DNA of 63,127 bases, counting the filler, from Conidiobolus incongruus B7586 (lineage: Eukaryota), in NCBI GenBank assembly GCA_000697335.1. It is 9 parts of 9 records of this genome, joined end to end, with 100 filler letters (N's around TTAATTAATTAA, not from the genome) between each part and the next. Parts side by side here need not be neighbours in the genome. Positions count along the whole stretch, not along the records: positions 52,821 to 54,221 come from JNEM01006021.1; positions 54,322 to 55,809 come from JNEM01006022.1; positions 55,910 to 57,428 come from JNEM01006023.1; positions 57,529 to 58,973 come from JNEM01006024.1; positions 59,074 to 61,494 come from JNEM01006026.1; positions 61,595 to 63,127 come from JNEM01006032.1; 3 more parts are not named here. One strand, given 5' to 3'. Positions 52,821-63,127 of the stretch are shown piece by piece (positions within the stretch are counted from its first letter, which is position 1; each line of letters opens with the position of its first letter). The notes beneath the pieces were generated by a model. It did not search any database, had not been told where the DNA came from, and saw only the letters and a program-made list of their open reading frames with translations. Both the position numbers and the translations under genes were made by a program.

Positions 52821-54221
52821 CAAAAACTATATATTATTAAATTATAATCAATTTAATGCTGTTATAAATATAATAATAAAAGATTACTGATATAATATAA
52901 AGGAAGACCTAATATAGAGATAGTGTGGCATAAAATATAGTAATATATTATGGGATATAATGTGAATATATAAACAAAGTTTAATTAAGCTTTAAATTAG
53001 GATAAGTCATTGATATATTAAAATTTATATTAGGTAGTATTAATACACTGTAATATTGATAGAACATAGTTTCAATTTTAAAAATAATGAAAAAAATAAA
53101 AAATAATAAGAATAAAGAAAAAAAACCTAATATATTAAATAGTTTAATACTTTTTATATAATTAATTTAACTATAAAAGTATAATTTAATTATATAATTT
53201 ATAATTAATTAAATTATAAAGAAATATATAAAAGAGTTTAAAAAACTAGTTTTTTAATATTTTTTTAATAAATTTCTTAAAAGAAACATACTCCTTAAAT
53301 TTTTACAAATAAGTATAATAAGTTAAGATATTCTTAATGTTTTTTAAGGTTTTTTATATAATTTATTTAATAAGATAACCTATTTAATTTATATAAAAAT
53401 AAAGCTTATTCTTAATAGATTTAAATTTAATTATATAATAAATATAATATTTTTCTTCTCTATCTTAAATAATAATTTAATCTAGTTTTAAAGCTTTTAA
53501 TTAATTAAGAAATATATTAAAATCTTTAAAATTAGGTTTGATTTTAGATATATAAAAGGTAAAGCTAATCTTTACAATTAAAAATAATTCTAAAATAATA
53601 TTTTCAAAATTTAAATCATCAGATTAAATCTTATAGGTATTATAATATAATAATAAATATTTTGGATTTAAACTAAATTTAAGTAAGATAAATTTAAAAG
53701 CAAATTATTCTAAGTATATAAACATATTAGTTTTATATTTAAAAAGATTTTTAAATAACTTAAAATCTTATTATTGATAATCTTTTAATTTTCTTTTAAG
53801 TTAAATTTAATAAGGGAGTTAATCTATTTAATATGAAATTAAAATTTAATAATATCTAAAGATAAGTTGATTTAAAGTTTTAAAACAATTATTAAATTAA
53901 GATATTTATTATAATTGATAAAATAAAAATTAAAACTTATTAATTTAATCAATAAAAATATCAAATAAATATTAAAGTTGGAAGATATAGGCATTTTAAT
54001 TTAAATGATTAATGTTAATATAAGTTTTAATCATTTACTTTAAGGTTTTAATAGTTTTTTCAATAAGTTTATTAATTTAATAGTGATTAATAGTAAACAT
54101 AACTAGATTAATCTTAAAGGAAAAAGTTAGTAACTTATAGAATTAAAAGTTAAATTATATATTTCTATTAAATACAATAGTTTATAAAATTTTATAATAG
54201 GTAAAAATATTAGGGAATAAT
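52821..54221 (-). mobile_element. Hypermutated Ty3/Gypsy LTR-retrotransposon relic (integrase core, GPF/Y module, probable chromodomain)
   Basis: Minus frame from 54220 reads TAT TAT AAA ATT TTA TAA ACT ATT GTA TTT AAT AGA AAT ATA TAA TTT, which back-transitions to HHGIPQTIVSDRDTQF. This is followed by MSTANHxQTDGLAERTI with D-35-E spacing and, near 53535-53565, SPTFHVSKIKP. Confidence 0.8.
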
Positions 54222-54321
54222 NNNNNNNNNNNNNNNNNNNNNNNNNNNNNNNNNNNNNNNNNNNNTTAATTAATTAANNNNNNNNNNNNNNNNNNNNNNN
54301 NNNNNNNNNNNNNNNNNNNNN

Positions 54322-55804
54322 TTATTTAATTAAAATCTATTATACTTATTAATAATATATAATATTAAATGATAATATTTAGTTATTAATTGGTTAAAAT
54401 ATAAATCTTTAAATTTTACCTAATATAAGTTATAAATTTATAGGTTTTTGATAATAGAACAAATTAAAACTTAGTATATCTATCTTTAATTTTTCTAACT
54501 TCTTAAAGTTTATAAGGTATAGAATCAATTAACTTCTTATATTAAAAAAGGTTAATTTTGTTTTCTATTTTTTAAACATATTTTTAAAGATAATTTGAAT
54601 TTTTTATTAAAAGGAAAACTTTAATAACTTTTTTTAACTATTCCTAAAGATATTTAATTAGGTTAAAATTAAAAAATTAAAGAAGCTACTTTATAATTAT
54701 TATCTTGTTATTTTTAAGTTATTTAGTAATAGAAGCTGTAGTATAAAAAAAGGTATTAATTTACTAAAAAATAATATTAGATTTGTTTAACCTATACTAT
54801 TTAATATTTTTTTTAATTTATTATTTAAAATATTTTAATATATCTTAATATTAATTCCTTTATTAACTTTATAAAAATATCTTATACTTAAAGATAATAT
54901 ATATCCTTAAATAATAATTAACCTATTATTATATTTTTAGATAAAATTAACATAATAGTTATAAAGTAATTCTATATCTTTTCTGAAATATCTAGTTTTT
55001 TTTCAAATTTACTAAAATATATTTTTGTTTTTTTAAATTAAATAACCTTACTCTAATTAGTTTTAATTTAATATTAATAGTGATATTTAAACTCTTGCTT
55101 AACTTTATAATAAGATTTCTTTAGTTGGGGGTGTTATTTCTTAAAATATAAGTGATATCTATATTAATATAAATTATATATAATAATATTAGTATTAACT
55201 AATATTCTTATATAATTTTATAATTCTGGTTATATTTCTATAATAATATTATATTTACCTATATTAATTAACCTATAGATATATTTCTTATTATATTTAT
55301 TTATAATCTTCACACACTTAAGTTTAAGTTTAAATATGTTTTTATTACTATTATTAATAACTTTTACTATAGTAAACTAGTTAAAATTAATAATTCTAGC
55401 AATATTATAAGTTAATTTATTTTTTTTATAAAGTTAATTAATACACAAGTAAATTTTTTTAGAGAGGGATTTAAGTATAATGATATTAATAAAGAAATTA
55501 GTATATTTATAAAATATTATATAAAATAATAACAAAGAGAGAAGAAAGATATAGTTATATATTGTTAAATATATCCTTTTATCTCAAAAACCTGTAAATT
55601 TATAACTCATCTTAATTAAATATTAGTGGTTAATTTTTTTGCTAATAGTTTACTAAATATATCTAAATATATTTATCTATTATCAAATAATATATCTTAA
55701 TTATATATTATAGTTTGAAATAATTTAATATATATAATTGTTTTAGTTATTAATTAATATATATATATTTTTGATTTTAAAACTTACTTTTATAAGTTAG
55801 TATA
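54322..55804 (-). mobile_element. Hypermutated Tc1/mariner DD34E transposon, copy A (transposase relic 54464-55478; left TIR ~55767-55802 then TA)
   Basis: Colinear with 61595-63127 and the reverse complement of 55910-57355. Differences are overwhelmingly C/T and G/A. Confidence 0.9.
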
Positions 55805-55909
55805 ATAATNNNNNNNNNNNNNNNNNNNNNNNNNNNNNNNNNNNNNNNNNNNNTTAATTAATTAANNNNNNNNNNNNNNNNNNNNNNNNNNNNNNNNNNN
55901 NNNNNNNNN

Positions 55910-57355
55910 AATAAATATATTTAAATATATATAGTAAACTATTAGCAAAAATATTAACCCTTAATATTTAACTAAAGTGAGTTATAAATTTACAAGTTTT
56001 TAAGATAAAGGGATATATTTAACAATATATAACCATATTTTTTTTCTCTCTTTGTTATTATTATATATTATATTTTATAAATATACTAAATTTTTTTATT
56101 AATATTATTATACCTAAATCCCTCTCTAAAAAAATCTATTTGTATATTAATTAACTTTATAAAAAAAATAAATTAACTTGTGATATTGTTAGAATTACTA
56201 GTGTTAGCTAGTTTACTATAGTTAAAATTGTTAAGAATAACAATAAAGAAATATTTAAACTTAAACTTAAGCATGATAAAATTATAGATAAATATAATAA
56301 GAAGTATATTTATAAGTTAGTTAATATAGGTAAATATAATACTACTCTAGAAATACAACAGGAACTATAAAACTATATAGGAATATTAGTTAGCATTAAT
56401 ATTATTATATGTGTTTTATATTAATATAGATACCATTTATACTTTAAAACAAACACTTTTAATTAAAGAAATCCCATTATAAAATTAAATAAGAAGTTAA
56501 ATGTCATTATTAATATTGAATTAAAACTAATTAGAGTAAGGTTATTTAGTTTAATAAAACAAAAATATATTTTAGTAGATTTAATAAAAAACTAGATGCT
56601 TTAAAAAAAATACAAAATTACTTTGTGACTATCATGTTAATTTTACCCAAAAGTATAATAATAGGTTAATTATTATTTAAGAATATATATTGTTTTTAGG
56701 TATAAGGTATTTTTATAAAGTTAATAAAGGAATTAATATTGAGATATACTAAAATATTTTAAACAATGAATTAAAATAAACCATTGAATAATATAGGTTA
56801 AATAAATCTAATATTATTTTCTAGTAAGATAATACCTTTTGTTATACTATAGCTTTTACTACCAAATAGCTTAAAAATAACAAGATAATAGTTATAAAGT
56901 GGTTTTTTTAATCTTTTAACTTTAATTTAATTAAATACCTTTAAGATTAATTAAAAAAAACTATTAAAGTTTTCCCTATAGCTAAAAATTTAAATCAACT
57001 TTAAAAATATATTTAAGAAATATAGAATAAGATTAACCTTTTTTAGTATAAGAGGTTAATTGATTCTATATCCTATAAACTTAAAGAAGTTAGAAAAACT
57101 AAAGATAGATACACTATGTTTTAATTTTTTTTATTACCAAAAAACTATAAATTTATAACTCACCCTAGGTAAAATTTAAAGGTTTATATTTTAGTCAATT
57201 AATAGCTAAATATCATTATTTAATGATATATATAATTAATAAATATAATAGATTTTAATTATTTAATTTAGATTTATTTCATTAAATATTAATTAAGCTA
57301 TTAGTAAAAATATAAGTGTTTTTGATTTTATAACTCACTTTTGCAGGTTAGTGTA
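55910..57355 (+). mobile_element. Hypermutated Tc1/mariner DD34E transposon, copy B (transposase relic 56110-57124; right TIR ~57316-57353 then TA)
   Basis: Back-transition gives DWSKVIWSDETKI...KHGGGSIIIWGC...FQQDNAPCHT...KWPPQSPDLNPIEHLW...DSMP.RLKEVRKTKGGYT, with 34 residues between the second D and the E. The end reads ...taactcacttttgcaggttagtg|TA. Confidence 0.92.
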
Positions 57356-58613
57356 TAAAAGTTTTTAAAACTATTATAAATAGTTAATTTATTTTTAAAA
57401 ATTCTAAAAAGGTAATTTAATATGTTAANNNNNNNNNNNNNNNNNNNNNNNNNNNNNNNNNNNNNNNNNNNNTTAATTAATTAANNNNNNNNNNNNNNNN
57501 NNNNNNNNNNNNNNNNNNNNNNNNNNNNCTGTAGAGTAATATTACAAATTAATGGATCAAAAATTTGGTGGAAAAATCATTATATATTATAGGAATGATG
57601 TAGGCACTTGAAAGTAATAATTCTGTTACATATGTTTATTCAATAATTGGATTTACAAATAAATATCCTGATTGTTCTTACAATCATTGTGTTTACTATA
57701 AATGGTACCAACAATTATATTAGAATATCTAAATTTCTTTCAGGTTACTGATTTTGTGTAAATTTAGAATATTTTTTGATACTGTACAAATTAGAAAGAT
57801 CAGTCGTTTTCTTAATAAGTCTTTGAATATGTATATTAGACAATCAACTACTGCATTTGATACATCATCAAAAAATTAAGAAAATGATATATTAAAGCCA
57901 ACCTTGATACATATAAAATTTGTCCTATATGCTTTTCAAAATAGAACTTACTTTCATTTGGATATATTCAATTAATTTTATTTTAGGCTTAGTTTATAAT
58001 TGGAACAATACTAATCAAAAAATATAATTAATAACAAATGTTTTCTAATAGGTTTAGATTAAACCATTTTTAGGGGATAACCTTTTTCCATTAGCTTCTA
58101 AAATTAGTTATAACAATTTTAAGCCAGATCAAAATATTCCAAACTTCTTCAATTGAAATATTTTCTTAGGTATATATTGATATATTTTAGAGTATTGAAT
58201 TTTAAATTTCATGCTTATCAATCATTTTAATTAATATATACCATGTAATAAAATTTATAACGTTTGAATATAATATAATAGTTGCTTTTACAAATTCTTG
58301 ATAATTGAATCATGGCTGTTATAATTTTATTCTGGTTTGAAAACAAAAAAAAACAAGATTTTAGGTCAAAATTCATGGAAAAAGTTGTCCTCTCAAAAAT
58401 GGTTTTTATTATTAAAATAAAATTTGTGATAATTTTTTTCTAAAACAAGTAATATTTAGATGTATACATCATTATAAATATATCCAGTATATAATTTGAA
58501 AAATACTATTAAAGATGCATTTCAAATATGAATATCATAATAAAAACTTCAATATATACATGTTATTAATTTGTAAAATATAATATTAAATATTTATTAA
58601 ATAATACTAAAAT

Positions 58614-58973
58614 TTAGCGATAGAATTTCTTGTTTATCAATCGCAATAATAAATTAACATTCAGTTTGACTTCACCATCAAACAGAGCCATGATACGAAC
58701 ATTGTCAAATTGGTACTGGAGTAGTTCTTCTAGTTCGAGCTCTGTTGTTGCTCCAGGCAAAGGTACTTTCAAATAATGCGCTGTGATTTGAAATTTACCT
58801 ATTTCCTTGCAGCTAATGATCACATCAATATGAGGGTACTGTTTGGGAGTAAATTCATTCATTGACACTAATACTCCTTTGTTGTGCAAGCGTTCAGCAG
58901 TGTATAAGAATGATCCAAATTTAGCAGAATGACCCATATTGGAAAGCTGCTTGCACTGGAAGTAATTCTTGGT
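58614..58973 (-). CDS. IQGAP (Iqg1/Rng2-like) RasGAP C-terminal fragment, 5' truncated
   Basis: KFGSFLYTAERLHNKGVL...LEELLQYQFDNV..MALFDGEVKLNVNLLLRLINKKFY is the typical IQGAP C-terminus. Confidence 0.88.
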   Translation of the reverse strand, partial: TKNYFQCKQLSNMGHSAKFGSFLYTAERLHNKGVLVSMNEFTPKQYPHIDVIISCKEIGKFQITAHYLKVPLPGATTELELEELLQYQFDNVRIMALFDGEVKLNVNLLLRLINKKFYR

Positions 58974-59074
58974 NNNNNNNNNNNNNNNNNNNNNNNNNNN
59001 NNNNNNNNNNNNNNNNNTTAATTAATTAANNNNNNNNNNNNNNNNNNNNNNNNNNNNNNNNNNNNNNNNNNNNG

Positions 59075-61494
59075 GAAGCCTACTCTGAGTTAAGCAGACT
59101 ATTAAGTTATTACTATAAAACCTCGGGCGATGGAGCTGACATGAAGATTTTCCCACTTATAGCCAATACTTTGGAATTGCTCAAGGCTGATAAATTCGAT
59201 GGTAGCGCCCCTAATATAAGAGCTGAATTTGAAACTAAGTTCCATAAGCTGGACGAAGCTTTGAAGAAACTTGAAGAGACTGCTCCTAAAGCTCAGTTAT
59301 ACGAACACCCTCAGCTTACTACCAATTTCGAAAGTGACCTCAACAAATTGATTGAATCATTTAAAACAGTAACCAAAGACAACATAGATGAAGCCAGGAA
59401 ATTTATAAGACTCTTCTTAGTAACTTATGTAGGAGATCCAAATGGCAACTTCAATGTCCATATTGCGCCAGGAGCGGCAGAAATTACTAAGTTTGTATCT
59501 AGTGATCATTTCGATTTCCATAACCATGATGATTTGAACAAATTGTCGAATATGATTACCGAATTATACAAACTCTGGTCTCAAGGCTCGGATCAGAGTG
59601 CAAATTACTATCATGCACCCCGAGTGAGTGGGAACAGGGAAATAGATGCCAATGCACTTATCGAGTCATTTGCTAATGTAGATCGTGACAATAAGCAAGA
59701 TGCGATCAAGGCACTTGAAGCTTATCTCAAGCATCACTACAGCACTGATAAAAATGGCAGCTACAATCTTAAAATCTTCAAACTTGTTAGCGATTTGACC
59801 AATCTAGTGACAAAACCCGGATTTGATCTCAGTTCCAAGGAGAACCAAGCACAAATTTCATTATATTTCAGCCAATTGAATTTCCTTAAGGATGAATTGG
59901 ACAAGACTGGAAGCATCGAAAAAACTTGTAATTTACCCAAGATATCTGGTGATAAATCACAGGATAAAAAGGCTATTTCAGAACAGTTCCCCAAATTAGA
60001 CATTTCATGTAAGAAAGAAGCTGCCGAATTTATCGATAGTTTTGTCAATAATTACTATCATAATGACCAAAATACAATTGATTTCACCCTGATTCCTCTT
60101 ATTAGCAAGATAATGAGTAATATTGAAAGCAGTTCCTTTGATTTCCACAATCGTGAATCCATATTTGAAATTCTGGTCAAGTTGGACCAACTTGAGGATG
60201 CATTCAAGCAGGCCAGTAAGCATCACCAGAATGAACAACCATTCAATCCACCGCCAATCTCATATGATAGGAAGGAATTTATTCGAGAATTACTCGAATC
60301 TTTGAGACATGTCACGCCTGAGACCAAAGTTAGTGCCATCAATTATTTGATTAGCTTTACTAGACAATACTACAGTAGAAATGGAGGTGGTTTGGATCAT
60401 CATTATTTCGACATTATAAATGAACTCACCGAGTTACTAAAAGCGAAAGATTTCGATTTTAGCAATCCCATTTCTATATCCAAGATCAAAGAGATCTTCG
60501 ACAAATTAGAAGCGGTTGGAGAGTATTACAGCTCTGAAACAGAGGAGCATATCGAATACAAAGGTGTTGAAATTACCGGTGACATTCAATCCGATTTCGT
60601 CAGATTTATCGAAAGTTTGTACAATGTGAGCGAAGCTAATCGTCCTGAGATCAATAACTTTTTAATGCACTTTGTAGAATATTACTTTATTCCACCCGGT
60701 GAAAGGGATTACCCCAAAGAAATTTTCTCAATAGTTGTCGAACTGAAAAACCTCATCACTAGCCACGATTTCAACTATGTTACTAGAGAAAATCTTGAAA
60801 ATTTAAGACTGGTCTTCGAGAAGTTGATCATGACAAAAGAGGCTTTGGATCATCCTACAGAGGCTCCCAAATACTTCCTCCCTCCAACTCTGACCGGCAA
60901 TAAGGTAGAAGATGAGAAGCTCATGTTCGAATCACTTAGAGATGTGACTCTGTTCAACAAGCAACAGGCTGTTGAATTCATTAACTTTTACCTTAAGGTG
61001 CATTATGCTGACTCTAATGGAAACTTCCTCCCTAGTATCGCCAAACTTGTAAATGACTTATTATCCATGATCAGTGTACCTAGTTTTGATTTAGCTGATA
61101 CTAATGGAGCTAAAATGATCAGGTTATATTTGACTAAGATCGAGCAAGAGCTCAAGAGGATTCAAGACCAGAAAGCTAATCGACCTGGTTACAAAGAGCC
61201 CGAGCTTTCTGATAATCGACAGATCAATATGCAGCTCGTGATTGCCAGTTTCAAAACGGTCACCCCAGATACAAAGATAAAGGCGGTGAACTTTGTTAAC
61301 AAATATTTAACGGTGGTATATGGTGAACCCAACGGTTATTTCGATTTGGATCTCATCAAATATGTAAATGATGTGTTCGCTGTGGTTTCAGACCCTAACT
61401 TCGAATTCAATAGAGATTCAGATGTCCTTCGATTCCAAAAGCTCCTGCTCAAATTGGATGCCGAGTATGACAGAGTAAAAGCGCCAACGCCCAA
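59075..61494 (+). CDS. Large ~105-aa tandem helical-repeat protein, internal fragment truncated at both ends
   Basis: The whole 2.4-kb contig is one intronless open frame with about 7.5 diverged repeats starting PQLTTN, PRVSGN, PKISGD, PPISYD, VEITGD, PTLTGN and PELSDN. Confidence 0.9.
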
Positions 61495-61594
61495 NNNNNN
61501 NNNNNNNNNNNNNNNNNNNNNNNNNNNNNNNNNNNNNNTTAATTAATTAANNNNNNNNNNNNNNNNNNNNNNNNNNNNNNNNNNNNNNNNNNNN

Positions 61595-63127
61595 TATAAG
61601 TTATAAAATCAAAAACACTTATATTTTTACTAATAACTTGATTAATATTTAATAAAATAAACTTAAATTAAATAATTAAAATCTATTATATTTATTAATA
61701 ATATATATTATTATATAATGATATTTAGCTATTAATTGGTTAAAATATAAATACTTAAATTTTACCTAAGGTGAATCATAAATTTGTAGGTTTTTAGTGA
61801 TAAAAAAAAATTAAAACTTAGTGTATTTACCTTTAGCTTTTCTAACTTCTTTAAGTTTATAGGGTATAGAATCAATTAACTTCTTATATTAAAAATAGTT
61901 AATCTTGTTCTATACTTCTTAAATATATTTTTAAAGTTCATCTAAATTTTTTACTAGGGGGAAAGCTTTAATAACTTTTTTTAACTAATCTTAAAGATAT
62001 TTAATTAAGTTTAAGTTAAAAAATTAAAGAAGCTACTTTATAACTATTATCTTGTTATTTTTAAGCTATTTGGTAATAGAAGCTATAATATAATAAAAGG
62101 TATTATCTTACTAGAAAATAACATTAGATTTGTTTAACCTATATTATTCAATAGTTTTTTTCAATTTATTATTTAAAATACTTTAGTATATTTTAATATT
62201 AATTCCCCTATTAACTTTATAAAGATATTTTACACTTAAAAACAATATATATCCTTAAATAATAATTAACCTATTATTATACTTTTAGGTAAAATTAACA
62301 TGATAGTTATAAAATAGTTCTACATTTTTTTTAAAGTATCTAGCTTTTTTATTAAATTTACTAAAGTATATTTTTGTTTTATTAGATTAAATAACTTTAA
62401 TTAGTTTTAGTTTAATATTAATAATGACATTTAAACTCCCACCTAGTTTTATAATAGGATTTCTTTAATTAGGGGTGTTTTTTCTTAAAGTGTAAGTAGT
62501 ATCTATGTTAATATAAAATATATATAATAGTATTAGTGTTAACTAATATTCTTATATAGTTTTATAGTTTTTGTTGTATTTCTACAATAGTATTATATTT
62601 GCCTATATTAACTAACCTACAGATATACTTCTCATCATATTTATTTATAATTCTAACACACTTAAGTTTAAGTTTAAATGTGTTTTTATTGTTATTTTTA
62701 ACAACCCTAACTATAATAAACTAGCTAACACTAGTAATTCTAGCAATATCACAAGTTGATTTACTTTCTTTATAAAGTTAATTAATACACAAATAAATTT
62801 TTTTAGAGAGGGATTTAAGTATAATAATACTAATAAAAAAAATTTAATATATTTGTAAAATATTATATAAAATAATAATAAAGAGAGAAAAAAGATATAG
62901 TTATATATTGTTAAATATATCCCTTTATCTTAAAAACCCACAAATTTATAACTCACCTTAGTTAAATATTAAAGGTTAATATTTTTGCTAATAGTTTACT
63001 AAATATATCTAAATATATTTATTTATAGTTAAATAATATACTTTAATTATATATTATAATTTCAAGTAAATTAATATATACAATTGTTTTAGTTATTAAT
63101 TAAAATATATATATTTTTGATTTTATG
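61595..63127 (-). mobile_element. Hypermutated Tc1/mariner DD34E transposon, copy C (transposase relic 61811-62822), nearly full length
   Basis: Starts inside the right TIR (ttataaaatcaaaaacac) and ends inside the left TIR (tttttgattttatg). Colinear with copies A and B. Confidence 0.9.

Noticed and set aside
54322..57428. Apparent 1.4-kb inverted repeat or hairpin spanning 55810-55909
   Set aside because: Two separate contigs holding diverged copies of the same Tc1 element were joined by an artificial linker.
52821..57428. Possible mitochondrial DNA or alternative genetic code (very high AT, many TAA/TAG)
   Set aside because: No mitochondrial genes are readable. The stops map to ancestral Trp/Gln codons of transposon proteins and differ between copies, so they are mutations rather than recoding.

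Overview
Very AT-rich fungal genomic DNA with short (~50-60 nt) GT-AG introns. The gene set and intron style suggest an early-diverging fungus, possibly Conidiobolus-like Entomophthoromycotina; this taxon is an inference only. The window is nine contigs joined by eight artificial 100-nt linkers (44N-TTAATTAATTAA-44N), so adjacency across linkers means nothing. The large contigs carry ordinary genes: PRX5, NudE, UCH, MYG1, APT1, otubain, two DysF peroxin-like paralogs, tetraspanins, RPA12, Nup42/Amo1-like, ADH class III, tRNA-Ala, zuotin, a group III histidine kinase, MSH2, IST1, MPP-beta, GPI8, a PHD protein and an IQGAP C-terminus. Main discoveries: (1) The apparently junk AT-rich contigs at 52.8-57.4 kb and 61.6-63.1 kb are three copies of a Tc1 DD34E transposon plus a Ty3/Gypsy integrase region. 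All are destroyed by dense C>T/G>A transitions with very few indels, a RIP-like signature not expected outside Dikarya. (2) An unrecognised ~105-aa helical tandem-repeat protein family appears twice: 1-1021 minus strand (signal peptide, missed by the ORF track) and 59075-61494. (3) A His/Asp-rich beta-strand repeat protein, a three-gene tetraspan cluster, and a 309-bp identical tract between otherwise diverged tandem paralogs.
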